Source: an uncultured cyanobacterium (GTDB lineage Bacteria > Cyanobacteriota > Cyanobacteriia > Cyanobacteriales > CAWCAG01). Taken from it: a stretch of 64,000 nt of DNA. Below, piece after piece: positions 46,993 through 62,759 of this stretch; within the stretch, counting starts at the first letter, position 1; each line of letters starts with the position of its first letter. Below the pieces are notes generated by a model that saw nothing but the letters and a program-made list of their open reading frames with translations, was not told where the DNA came from and searched no databases. Location of the stretch: positions 96,001 to 160,000 of the forward strand of contig CAWDOD010000010.1 of NCBI GenBank assembly GCA_963803805.1. Direction: 5' to 3'. The position numbers and the translations under genes are program-made.

Positions 46993-49900
46993 AAGCATTT
47001 ATCTTCAGCTAAATTGGCATCTAAAGCATCATTGACTTCATTTAAGAAAGCTAAACAATTAAACTCTATTTTCGGTTGTATGTGAGGGAATATAGACAAA
47101 GCTCCAATAGATTCGCTACCAATAATATCCTGATAAGGATCTAACTTTAACTGAATCTCTTTATTGTCTGCTTCATAACGAGAAAAATGGAATAGGGTTA
47201 ACAATTGCAGAATTTCATTCTTTAAGCCACGATTTTCGTCGTTATCAATTAAACCAGCATAAATATCGTTAGTATCAAGAAGATTCTGCTCATAGACATT
47301 TAACAGCGTAGAATAAGAAATAACCCCATTATAATACTTATCTTTGCCTCCTACTTTAATGCCGTTAAACAAGTTAAAGAAGACTGCAATTTGTTTGGTG
47401 GGGTCATTAATAATGTTAGTTAATTCTTCTGCATCTTGAATATATAAAGACTTACGTTCAATCTGCTGCATACTAACCACATAATATTTATCAAAAAAGA
47501 CAGGATAAATTTTCAAATCTTCTTGTTCTCCTTTAAGATTGCGAATTACTGAAGGAGACATAAAATATAAATTGTCCTTTTCTGTTGCTGTTAAATTCAA
47601 ACTTTGAGAATAAGGAGACTTGGCAATATACAAAATATGTTTGTAGCCATCTTGATAAAGCCTTTCTACTTCTGTAATTACAGCCTCTGGATCATTATAA
47701 AGTCGTTTCTTTTCATAGTGTTCTGATATGGTCTTGCTAGTATAAACTAAAACAGAACCATCATCTTGACGGTTTATTTTGATTATTTCCCCTATTAGAT
47801 TAGATTTTTGATAACTCCCTCTCCAAGCGCGATCACATTCCCGGCTAGATACCACCACTATGGCTAATTTATTAATCTTGGGGTGAGGGAAAGGGTTTTT
47901 CAATTCAAACCGCTTAGGAAGCACATTATAAAGAGAAGAAAGAGCATTCTTAACTTTGTAAGTTTTAACGTCTTTCACTCTAAATCCTTGAGTATTGGAG
48001 CGATGATTGATATTAAAGAGATGAGCTAAAACAGCGAAGTTGTTCCGAAAGAAAACTTCTGCTTTCAACGGATTTCGCTTATCTCCTAAGTGCATTCTCA
48101 CTATAGGAATAAATAATCTACGCTTTAGCTTTTTAGTTGCTATGTCGAGGAGAATTTTGAGACTAACATAACTAAGTAAAGAGAAGACAAAGCGATAGAT
48201 AAACATTTCTCTGTTTTGGGTTTTCTGAAAAATATCTTGCTTGAGTCTGTCGCTTTGATAAGGAAATAAGATTAGCTTTGTATCTTTGAAGCTTTGCTCA
48301 AAAGCTTTTCTGCATTCCTCTTCTCTTGGTACTAAAAGAAGAGGAATAGTAGGAAATTTTCCTGTAAAATATTCCATAGAAAACTCTTGACTATCATCGG
48401 CTTCAAAATAACCAATCTCATCAATTTTTATATCGCCAGAAAGATAACACAAAGAACTAGCATCAATACTAGTATCACCTACAGAAATATATTTTAAAGC
48501 GGTTTTAGTTCTTCTTAAATCCTCACAAAATAGAGTATTAAGTAGATCTACTTTATTAACATCTGTTTCTAAAATACCTTGTTTAACCTTGATCTGAATC
48601 GGATATACCCTAGAACTCCATAACTGAGAGGTTTTTAGCTTGGTTCTTAAAAGGTTCTTTAACTTGTTGATTTTTCCTTCAGTATTATGCTTCCTAATTC
48701 CTTTAACAATACCTCTTAATAAACTACGTTTCTTTCCCTCATCAGAACCTTTTAAAATAGGTAGAATATTCTCTTCAAACTTCTCAATAACTTCATAATC
48801 TAAATCAGAGTTAGCATTATGATCTTCTTTATGAGGAGCATTCCCGGCAAAAACGAAAAAATATAATACTGCTAATCGTATTACCTTCCTAGCAAACCAT
48901 TCTTTTCTAGACTCATTTTCTAATTCTTCTTGATGCTGTTGACTATTAGGGTTAAGTAAATCTAAATTATATTCTAAAACCGTTTTCCCATCTTCAGATT
49001 GAATCTTACCTGCCAACTTGAGCTTCAAACCAAAAATGAAATTTAATTCACCTTTATTGTCATCCCTAATTTCTCCTAAATTACCATCAATTTGGGGAAT
49101 AATTGGTAATGAATCAAAAGCCTCAGCACGTGCGAATATTTCCTTAAGATTAAAAGCTGTTTCTCCATAAACAACTCGATAATCTCCATCTGGCTTGTCA
49201 GCAGTATTGATGTAAGCTTCTAAAGCTTGCAAACGTCTAATGAGAACTTCTAAATAAATAATATCTTTATGTTCACCAATATGCTCCAATAGATATTCTA
49301 AATAGTTAATCTTGGCGGTGCGTTGAACTTTAGCGATCGCCTCTGTATCCATCAAGCGTTTTAAGGCATACCAATCAGAATCTAGTTGATCTCGATCTTC
49401 ATATAAATCCTCCAAAACATCAGCTAACTCATCTTTACTGTCACTGTCGGCGAATTTGTGATTTATATAATTACTTAAACTTTCTTTTAGCTGTAAATCA
49501 AACTCTCCTTTAGTATTTTTGATGCGAATAATCAAACGGTGAAACTTAAGGAAGGGATTATCCTTATCTTCATGCTTAAGAGTAAGTCGTTGCTTAGATA
49601 GCCCGGTATACTTTTTCTGGAAATCATAATTAAGGCTAATTTTGTCCCCAACCTTACCTTGAAAGCTAGCTAAAGGAGTATATAAATCCTTAAGATAATC
49701 TTCTAAACAACTACATTCATTCTCTTTCAATAAAGACTCTAAATATGCCTGCAAACTCTCTCTAATTTTTCTGTTGTAATCAACAAAACTATCTCTTGAA
49801 GACTCCGTTAAACTAGTAGTCGCAACCTTCCCTCCCCGCCAATTACTCCCCAAAGGCATCTCTATTGTCTTTGTGATAGCTACGTTATAAGCAATCTCAT

Positions 49901-50042
49901 CTATATTAATAAATAGCTGTTTACCATTTTTGGAGATTTTAAAAGGATTAGTAGTTTTGAGACTTTTTAAGATAGCTGCTAGTAGACTGCTGTAATCGAG
50001 ACTAACCAGGCTGCGATTGCCTTCTCCAATAGTATTTACCAT
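46989..50042 (-). CDS. 1017-aa protein; C-terminal half resembles a divergent, inactive Argonaute MID-PIWI module
   Basis: SNTQG..KVKNALSSLY (MID-like); LAIVVVSS, HILYIAK, KIYPVFF, GVISYSTL, EILQLLTLFHF, LKLDPY occur in PIWI strand/helix order; no DEDX tetrad evident. Confidence 0.55.
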   Translation of the reverse strand: MVNTIGEGNRSLVSLDYSSLLAAILKSLKTTNPFKISKNGKQLFINIDEIAYNVAITKTIEMPLGSNWRGGKVATTSLTESSRDSFVDYNRKIRESLQAYLESLLKENECSCLEDYLKDLYTPLASFQGKVGDKISLNYDFQKKYTGLSKQRLTLKHEDKDNPFLKFHRLIIRIKNTKGEFDLQLKESLSNYINHKFADSDSKDELADVLEDLYEDRDQLDSDWYALKRLMDTEAIAKVQRTAKINYLEYLLEHIGEHKDIIYLEVLIRRLQALEAYINTADKPDGDYRVVYGETAFNLKEIFARAEAFDSLPIIPQIDGNLGEIRDDNKGELNFIFGLKLKLAGKIQSEDGKTVLEYNLDLLNPNSQQHQEELENESRKEWFARKVIRLAVLYFFVFAGNAPHKEDHNANSDLDYEVIEKFEENILPILKGSDEGKKRSLLRGIVKGIRKHNTEGKINKLKNLLRTKLKTSQLWSSRVYPIQIKVKQGILETDVNKVDLLNTLFCEDLRRTKTALKYISVGDTSIDASSLCYLSGDIKIDEIGYFEADDSQEFSMEYFTGKFPTIPLLLVPREEECRKAFEQSFKDTKLILFPYQSDRLKQDIFQKTQNREMFIYRFVFSLLSYVSLKILLDIATKKLKRRLFIPIVRMHLGDKRNPLKAEVFFRNNFAVLAHLFNINHRSNTQGFRVKDVKTYKVKNALSSLYNVLPKRFELKNPFPHPKINKLAIVVVSSRECDRAWRGSYQKSNLIGEIIKINRQDDGSVLVYTSKTISEHYEKKRLYNDPEAVITEVERLYQDGYKHILYIAKSPYSQSLNLTATEKDNLYFMSPSVIRNLKGEQEDLKIYPVFFDKYYVVSMQQIERKSLYIQDAEELTNIINDPTKQIAVFFNLFNGIKVGGKDKYYNGVISYSTLLNVYEQNLLDTNDIYAGLIDNDENRGLKNEILQLLTLFHFSRYEADNKEIQLKLDPYQDIIGSESIGALSIFPHIQPKIEFNCLAFLNEVNDALDANLAEDKCL

Positions 50043-50344
50043 AATCGTGATATCTTAAAATTTAATAGTTTGGGGTTTGGGGGAAACCAATTAACTGAGT
50101 AAATTACTGCCAAAATTATCCTACAAAAGTATCTGCTCTTTTAAGCACTTGCACCGAATTATTTACCTAATCTGAACCAAAATGATTAATCAGAATCATA
50201 ATTGCTCCCTACAAAGGTAGGTAAAACTCTCCTCAATTACTACTTGACAAAAGAATTCCTTTGTGGGTCTAGCTGTATCTATTTTCCTGAATTCCTTGAA
50301 TTGTTAGCAATTCCAGCCTTCTGTATCCATCCTCAAGAAAAGTA

Positions 50345-52082
<1,738 letters not shown>

Positions 52083-52123
52083 TGCTCTTTATTCGCCATT
52101 AGCACCGTAGCTATAGTCTTTTT

Positions 52124-52158
52124 AAGGCAGCCTGTTTTTTCACAAACAGGCTGCTTTT
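52124..52158 (+). terminator. Intrinsic terminator after groEL
   Basis: GGCAGCCTGTTT...AAACAGGCTGC-TTTT. Confidence 0.85.
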
Positions 52159-52179
52159 CTCATAAATACTTGAGCAAAA

Positions 52180-52818
52180 TTAATCTAAATCAGCTTGATG
52201 TTCGCACTTAAAACCTTTTTTTTCCCAAGTGTTAATCTCCACATCCTTCAGCCTCGTTAAATCAGGACAGGAAGGACGTACAAATTGGCTGATTATAGCC
52301 CAGAAGAAACTGCGAGTAATATCCAAAGTTGTTTTTAAACTTGACTCTTGGTTTCCAGGAATGCCTTTTTCTGGGGCAATATCTGTTTCTACCCAAATAC
52401 CATGGGAACCAAGGATAATTTGAGCCATAAATTGGGCGCGGGGGAGATGAGTTTGGGACGTGATTAATTTAACTTTATGAACTTTCCAGTTGCGGAGAAT
52501 ATCAAGTCCATAATAAAAATTAGTAAAGGTACTATTCGCACAATGCTCTAACCAAACATTTTCTTTAGCCGCTTTTTCTCGTTCAAAAATCAACCAAATA
52601 CAAGGTTCTAAAGAACCCTGAGAAATAAGAATCTTTGCTTGAGGATAATCTTTAACTAAGGTTGCTGCATAAATTTCTCGCCGAATGCTACCCCCTAAAA
52701 CCAAGAAAGCATCCACAGGTTGCTGTCGGTGCAAAAATAGTTTTATGCTAATTATTAACAACCAGATACTGAAAAAAAGTACTACGGCAATTCCAAAGTG
52801 CTTTTTATGGTTAGCCAT
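52180..52818 (-). CDS. YdcF/DUF218 family protein
   Basis: LVLGG, LE..ANSTFTNF, LITS.THLPRA. Confidence 0.85.
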   Translation of the reverse strand: MANHKKHFGIAVVLFFSIWLLIISIKLFLHRQQPVDAFLVLGGSIRREIYAATLVKDYPQAKILISQGSLEPCIWLIFEREKAAKENVWLEHCANSTFTNFYYGLDILRNWKVHKVKLITSQTHLPRAQFMAQIILGSHGIWVETDIAPEKGIPGNQESSLKTTLDITRSFFWAIISQFVRPSCPDLTRLKDVEINTWEKKGFKCEHQADLD

Positions 52819-52953
52819 TGAGGTTAGTTAGTAAGAAACTTTGAAAGATATTCTACCTAAGTAGTGTAATCGTGTGACATAAAAAAAGCATATATTATAT
52901 TGATAACATTCCCCTGTCATGTCTACTTTAAAATACCCTTTCTACAGTCATAG

Positions 52954-55140
52954 ATGTTCTCTCGACTAAAATATCAAATGAGTTCTTGGCGATCGCAAGC
53001 TTTATCGACTTGGAAAGGTAGAGTGGCGGTAACAAGTGTGGTGGTTACGGGGTTGGTATTAATTACTCGTCAGTTGGGCTTCTTACAGGGCTTGGAACTC
53101 AGCGCCTATGATCAGTTGCTACGCTGGAAACCAGAAAGAGGGGGAGATGAGCGTATTTTAATAGTTGGTATCACGGAAGAAGATATCAAAAGCACTATTA
53201 AAGAATTTCCCATTTCAGATGGAACCCTTGCTGAAGCTTTAAACAAAATTCAAGCTAGTAAACCCAGAGCAATTGGTTTAGATATTATTAGGGATGTACC
53301 AATTGGCAAAGGTCGTAATAAATTAGTAGAAGAGTTTGAGCAACCTAATTTGGTGGTAGTTTGCCAAATGAACGAGGCTGAAGATCCTGGATTTGCTCCC
53401 CCTTCAGAACTTCCTTCAGAACAAATAGGTTTTGCTGATTTTCCCCAAGACATAGATAACGTCTACCGCCGTAGTTTTTTACTTGCCCTTCCCCCTATCC
53501 CAGAAAGAGAGTATAGCAGTCAACATCTGTGTAATGATTCAGAATCAGAAGAATTGCTCTATTCTCTCTCCTTAGCTGTATCAATTCTCTATTTAGAAGA
53601 GGAAGGAATTGAAGGAAAAATTACTGAATATGATGACCTGCAATTAGGAGAAACAATCTTCCCTTTTCTCTCTCCTAATGCTGGGGGTTATCATAGCACT
53701 GACGCTGACGGACTACAAATTCTAATCGATTACCGTTCTGCTAAGAACGCAGCTAAACTGGTTAGTCTCAACGACATTCTTACAGATAAAGTAGATCCTG
53801 AATTAATCCGCGATCGCATTATACTTATTGGCTATGAAGCAAAAAGTTCCCAAGATACCTTTAATACTCCTTACAGCGCTGCCCTAAAGACAAATCCGAG
53901 GATGCCTGGGGTTGGGGTTCATGCCCAAGTTACTAGCCAAATTCTCAGCGCTGTATTGGATAATCGTCCCTTGATTTGGTATTTACCAGATCCGGTGGAA
54001 TGGTTATGGATCTTGATTTGGTCAGCATTAGGAGGTATTTTAGCTTTACCAAAATTGAAGTTGTGGCAAGTTGCCTTGGTTGATGGTGTTTCCTTGGGGG
54101 TTTTGGTTGGTGCAAGTTATGGCTTATTTTTGTTAGCAGGGTGGATACCTTTAGTACCTCCAGGTTTAGCTTTGATAATGACTTCTGTCGGGGTTATTTT
54201 AGTTGATAGAGTACCTGCGATTAAAAAGTTACTCAAAATTGATATTGATATTGATTGGGAAAGGGTAAATAAAGATGTCAATGAGGCTTTGGGATCTGTA
54301 GCAATAGAAGAAGAAGCAGCCTCATCACTTCTTGAATCTGCGCCAGAACAAGATAACTACTTAACTCAGTTGCAAATTAGGGCTGAAACTAGGCGCAAGC
54401 AAACGAAGAAAGCGACAACGGGAAGAGTTATTGCTGTTAATCAAGTTTCAGAAACAGCTACTAAAGATAATTTTTTGGCCCAACTCCAAGATAAAGCCCA
54501 AACAAGAAGAAGCAAACGTCAGGGTCAAATTACTGAAATTTCTTTACCAATACTAATAGAAGAAGAAAACTTTTTAGGGCAGTTGCAACAAAAAGCTCAA
54601 GTCAGGAGAAATCAGACAAGAAAAGCATCAGTTAAAAGAGTAACACCTTCAGTTAACCTAGTTTCAGAAAGCACTGCTAAGGATAACTTTTTAGCTCAAC
54701 TACAAACTAAAGCTCAAACAAGAAGAAATAAAATGCAGCCATATCCTCCGGTTGCAGAAACACCAACCACAGAAAGTAACTTCTTAACTCAACTGCAAAC
54801 CAAAGCCCAAGTAAGACGCAATAAAGCTAAGCAAACCCCTACTCCAGTAGTTAATCAAGGTTCTGAGACTATAACCAAAGATAACTTTCTGACGCAATTG
54901 CAAGCGAAAGCGCAACTACGACGCAACAAAGGTAAGCTAAAAACAACAGCCCTTTCTCCTCCGATTACAGGAAGTTATATTGAGCAACTCAAACAACAAT
55001 CAAAGCAACGCCTACAAAAAGCAGTTACTGAAGCTTCTCCCCCTCCAGTTGTAACAACCAAGCAAACTCCTCATAGCAAGGTGCGTAATAAGTACTTGGA
55101 AGATCTTTTAGCTAGATCAAGAAGATTGAGGGAAGGTTAG
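52954..55140 (+). CDS. CHASE2 sensor protein with three TMs and a repetitive cytoplasmic tail; no enzymatic output domain
   Basis: LELSAYD, ILIVGITEEDI, AIGLDIIRD, DTFNTPY, MPGVGVHAQ; eight NFLxQLQxKAQxRR-type repeats. Confidence 0.85.
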   Translation: MFSRLKYQMSSWRSQALSTWKGRVAVTSVVVTGLVLITRQLGFLQGLELSAYDQLLRWKPERGGDERILIVGITEEDIKSTIKEFPISDGTLAEALNKIQASKPRAIGLDIIRDVPIGKGRNKLVEEFEQPNLVVVCQMNEAEDPGFAPPSELPSEQIGFADFPQDIDNVYRRSFLLALPPIPEREYSSQHLCNDSESEELLYSLSLAVSILYLEEEGIEGKITEYDDLQLGETIFPFLSPNAGGYHSTDADGLQILIDYRSAKNAAKLVSLNDILTDKVDPELIRDRIILIGYEAKSSQDTFNTPYSAALKTNPRMPGVGVHAQVTSQILSAVLDNRPLIWYLPDPVEWLWILIWSALGGILALPKLKLWQVALVDGVSLGVLVGASYGLFLLAGWIPLVPPGLALIMTSVGVILVDRVPAIKKLLKIDIDIDWERVNKDVNEALGSVAIEEEAASSLLESAPEQDNYLTQLQIRAETRRKQTKKATTGRVIAVNQVSETATKDNFLAQLQDKAQTRRSKRQGQITEISLPILIEEENFLGQLQQKAQVRRNQTRKASVKRVTPSVNLVSESTAKDNFLAQLQTKAQTRRNKMQPYPPVAETPTTESNFLTQLQTKAQVRRNKAKQTPTPVVNQGSETITKDNFLTQLQAKAQLRRNKGKLKTTALSPPITGSYIEQLKQQSKQRLQKAVTEASPPPVVTTKQTPHSKVRNKYLEDLLARSRRLREG

Positions 55141-55335
55141 AGGAGAAAGGGTTGCACTAAGTTCATCAGGATTCTCTTTAAAGAGATACTTACAGGAGCG
55201 CGATCGCGATTTACCGTGAGGTTGTAGTCAATAGAGCTTAAGAAGTTTATTTCTTGTAGAGCCTCAACCCTTACCCTTGCCGTTTACCCTTCACTACAAC
55301 CAACATATTTCCGAGACAACTAAAGAAAAACGGTA

Positions 55336-55794
55336 TTAGAGCGGTGTCACTTGAATTTCCACCTCAGCATCTACTTCAGGATGAAGTTTGACTTGAGCTT
55401 TGTAGAAACCAATCTTATTGATTTCTGGTAAAGTGATACCACGACGATCAATCTCTTGCCCTGTAGCAGCTTCAATGGCTTCAGCCACCTCAATACTAGT
55501 CACTGTACCAAAAATCGCCTCGTCTTCTCCCACTTGCTTTTTAATATTGAAACGACCAATAGTTTCCAAAGCTGTCTTACGGCTTTGTGCCTGACGTTTG
55601 ATCTCCTCTAATCTTTGTCTTTCTTTTTCTCTTCTTTGTTCTACCTGCTTGATAATTCCACGAGTAGCAGGAACAGCTATTCCTTGAGGAATTAAGTAGT
55701 TACGAGCATAACCTGGGGCAACTTCTAACAAGTCTCCAGATTGACCTAGTTTACTAACATCTTTATTAAGTACTATTTGAACTCGCTTAGCCAT
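55336..55794 (-). CDS. rplI: 50S ribosomal protein L9
   Basis: [38 protein letters not shown] at 55794. Confidence 0.96.
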   Translation of the reverse strand: MAKRVQIVLNKDVSKLGQSGDLLEVAPGYARNYLIPQGIAVPATRGIIKQVEQRREKERQRLEEIKRQAQSRKTALETIGRFNIKKQVGEDEAIFGTVTSIEVAEAIEAATGQEIDRRGITLPEINKIGFYKAQVKLHPEVDAEVEIQVTPL

Positions 55795-56062
55795 AATTTT
55801 TCCTCTCGGCATTGCCGCTTAACTATAAAGTGTCTCAAAGCAAAATATTTTTGAGCAATAACATTCTATATTATCAACTCTGCTCGAATAATTGCAGTTT
55901 AATTTTTGGAAATGGGGTTTGCTCCGGCATTTAAAGAAGCCGGGAACAAAAAACTATAGCAACCGCCAATGAGGCATTCACCTCAAGCAGGTATCTCTTT
56001 AATATCTTTCAACCTTGCTATAAACTTTAGATTGACAACTTGTCACATGGGGAATTTAAGTC

Positions 56063-56323
56063 ATGGCCCGCATTAATCCCTACACTCTACGAATGCAAAT
56101 CTCTCGTATGTTTGAGCAAGGGCAATCTTTCTTTGCTAAGACAAAAGTAGAAGATTGGTTACGAGAGCGTAAAGAAAATCCCCTGGAGTACGATGTTTTA
56201 TTTCATCAAAGACCTGCTCCGGAAGGTTCAGACCTAACTACCACAATTGAAATAGAACTTCGGCGTAAAGATGAAACTCCGGTAGATACTTGGTTACAAG
56301 AAGAAGTTAATCGTTATCAGTAG
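56063..56323 (+). CDS. Conserved cyanobacterial hypothetical protein (86 aa)
   Basis: RINPYTLRMQI..MF.QGQSFFA..KV..WL; IELRRKD..PVD.WLQ. Confidence 0.7.
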   Translation: MARINPYTLRMQISRMFEQGQSFFAKTKVEDWLRERKENPLEYDVLFHQRPAPEGSDLTTTIEIELRRKDETPVDTWLQEEVNRYQ

Positions 56324-56419
56324 TGAGGATTCGATTTTTTCCAAAGTCCAAAAGTCTTATTTGTGTGGTGTTGAGAGTAGATGGGGGAGGTTAGAGAGAT
56401 ATTTATTTTTGAAAAGGTA

Positions 56420-56448
56420 TTGACAAAGGATGTGAGGGTGAGTATATT
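56420..56448 (+). promoter_or_regulatory. rrn promoter
   Basis: TTGACA-17 bp-TATATT. Confidence 0.8.
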
Positions 56449-56653
56449 GGTAAATGCGCGGTTGAAAGGACTTGCTTCTTTCAGCGCCAGCACCTGGAAA
56501 AAACAATAGTTTGAAAGCAGTGCGAACCAAGCAAATGTTTTGCTTTTGAAGAAAGCGAAATAGATTGCGAAGAACCTTCGTCAAAGAAATGAATAAGAAG
56601 TAGCTACATTGTAAAAGGTGTAGTTATAAAGAGCTTAAGAACTCAAACCATAA

Positions 56654-58140
<1,487 letters not shown>

Positions 58141-58263
58141 TAGGGAGACCAGTTTTCAGTTCTCAACCCAATTGTATTGAGGAGACTGAAAACCATCCCA
58201 AGGTCGTTCGAAGGAAATAGGGGAGTAAAGCTTTCAAACTAAAGTTCAGGTGAACCTAATAAA

Positions 58264-58341
<78 letters not shown>

Positions 58342-58353
58342 CCAACTAAGATT

Positions 58354-58429
58354 GGGGGTATAGCTCAGTTGGTAGAGCGCCTGCTTTGCAAGCAGGATGT
58401 CAGCGGTTCAAGTCCGCTTACCTCCACCA
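58354..58429 (+). tRNA. tRNA-Ala(TGC)
   Basis: Same as copy 1. Confidence 0.96.
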
Positions 58430-58641
58430 AAAGAAAAGATTGAAATAAATTCAGCACCTTGTCTAACTTCAGGAAATTTCCGAGAGTAGAGAGTCTGCTG
58501 GGTAATATATCCAGTCAGAACCTTGAAAACTGCATAAGAAACAGAGTAGAAAGTAACAAATGAAAAGGTAGTAAGTGAATGCCCTACTTGATAAGAGTAG
58601 AGAGCATTTGCTTGCACGTATCTTCAAATTTTAAGCAACTT

Positions 58642-61475
<2,834 letters not shown>

Positions 61476-61540
61476 ACTTCTACTTTGTTTCTTTGCAGTC
61501 TTGAGGGTTTTGTTTCTCAACAATGCAAGACCATTTCTTG

Positions 61541-61658
61541 CCTGGTGTATTTAGTGCAGTGGCACCACTTCGATTCCATCCCGAACTCGACTGTGAAACT
61601 CTGTTGCGGCGACGATACTTTGAGGGTTGCCTCCTGGGACAATAGCTCTTCGCCAGGC
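61541..61658 (+). rRNA. rrf: 5S rRNA
   Basis: Same as copy 1. Confidence 0.93.
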
Positions 61659-61674
61659 TCTCTATTTTAACATT

Positions 61675-61711
61675 AAAGACTCCTCTAACACCTAGAGGGG
61701 TCTTTTGTTTT
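61675..61711 (+). terminator. rrn terminator (abuts the convergent thrB stop)
   Basis: Same hairpin as 39863-39899. Confidence 0.85.
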
Positions 61712-61713
61712 GT

Positions 61714-62649
61714 TTATGCGTGTCCGGCAATTTTTGTTCCTCCCCGATCAATATTTAAAACTCTAACATCAGCTTGAATTCCTTGTCTTTCCCAAGCTTC
61801 AGCCATTGCACTAACCACAGTTCCTGCACTTTCGGAGTTTGTTAATGAAAGTAAAGTTGGGCCGGCACCACTAATTACAATTCCGTAAGCACCTGCACAC
61901 AAAGCCGCAGATTCTACTGCTTCATAACCACGAATTAAACTTCTTCGGTAGGGTTGGTGCAGTTTATCGGCCATCGCTACCTTTAACCAATCTCTCTTTC
62001 CTGTTTCAAAACCCTTAATCAATAATCCTAAGCGAGAGATATTGAATACAGCATCGGCATGACTGATTTGAGGTGGAATAACTTTTCTTGCTTCTTCTGT
62101 AGATAGTTCAAAGTCGGGAATGGCAACGACAGAGATTATATCTTTATGCCAAGGTAGTTGACAGATTGACCAACCTCCTTGCTCATTTTTGATAGATAGC
62201 TGACAACTACCTAACAAAGCAGGTACAACATTATCAGGATGCCCTTCAATAGTGATCGCTAAATCCCTCAATTGAGATAGTTCTAAGGGTCTTCCTGCTA
62301 TTTCGTTAGCCCCTACTAAGCCCCCAATTATGGCTGTAGCCGAACTTCCTAAGCCCCTGGACAAGGGAACCTGCATAGAGATTTCAATTTGGATTGTGGG
62401 AGGTTGCTTTTTAAGGTGTTGGTATAGTTGTAGGAAAGATTGGTATACTAAATTACTTGTGTTGGTACTGACTTTATTCGCTTCTTTCCCCTTAACAAGG
62501 ATTTCTACAGGAATTGAAGCAGATTTATCTAGGCAAGTAAATTTGAACTGATTGTATAGGTTTAAAGCAGCACCAAGGCAGTCGAAACCAGGGCCGAGGT
62601 TAGCGGTGGTGGCAGGCACTGTTACGGTAATAGAGGAAATATTAGCCAT
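61714..62649 (-). CDS. thrB: Homoserine kinase
   Basis: VPATTANLGPGFDCLG, PLSRGLGSSA, EGHPDNV, ISGAGPT. Confidence 0.96.
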   Translation of the reverse strand: MANISSITVTVPATTANLGPGFDCLGAALNLYNQFKFTCLDKSASIPVEILVKGKEANKVSTNTSNLVYQSFLQLYQHLKKQPPTIQIEISMQVPLSRGLGSSATAIIGGLVGANEIAGRPLELSQLRDLAITIEGHPDNVVPALLGSCQLSIKNEQGGWSICQLPWHKDIISVVAIPDFELSTEEARKVIPPQISHADAVFNISRLGLLIKGFETGKRDWLKVAMADKLHQPYRRSLIRGYEAVESAALCAGAYGIVISGAGPTLLSLTNSESAGTVVSAMAEAWERQGIQADVRVLNIDRGGTKIAGHA

Positions 62650-62759
62650 GGGATCTTGTTTTGGGAATGCTCGAACTTGCTTAGATTATCATTTTTTTAT
62701 CTCACAAATTATGTTGGATACTGAAAGAAAGACCTACTACTAATTCCTAATTACAAATT

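Noticed and set aside
43180-50340. Helicase plus large partner as a CRISPR-Cas (Cas3/Cas8/Cas10) or type I/III R-M locus
   Set aside because: No repeat-spacer array, HD domain, RAMP genes or methyltransferase motifs are visible in the window.
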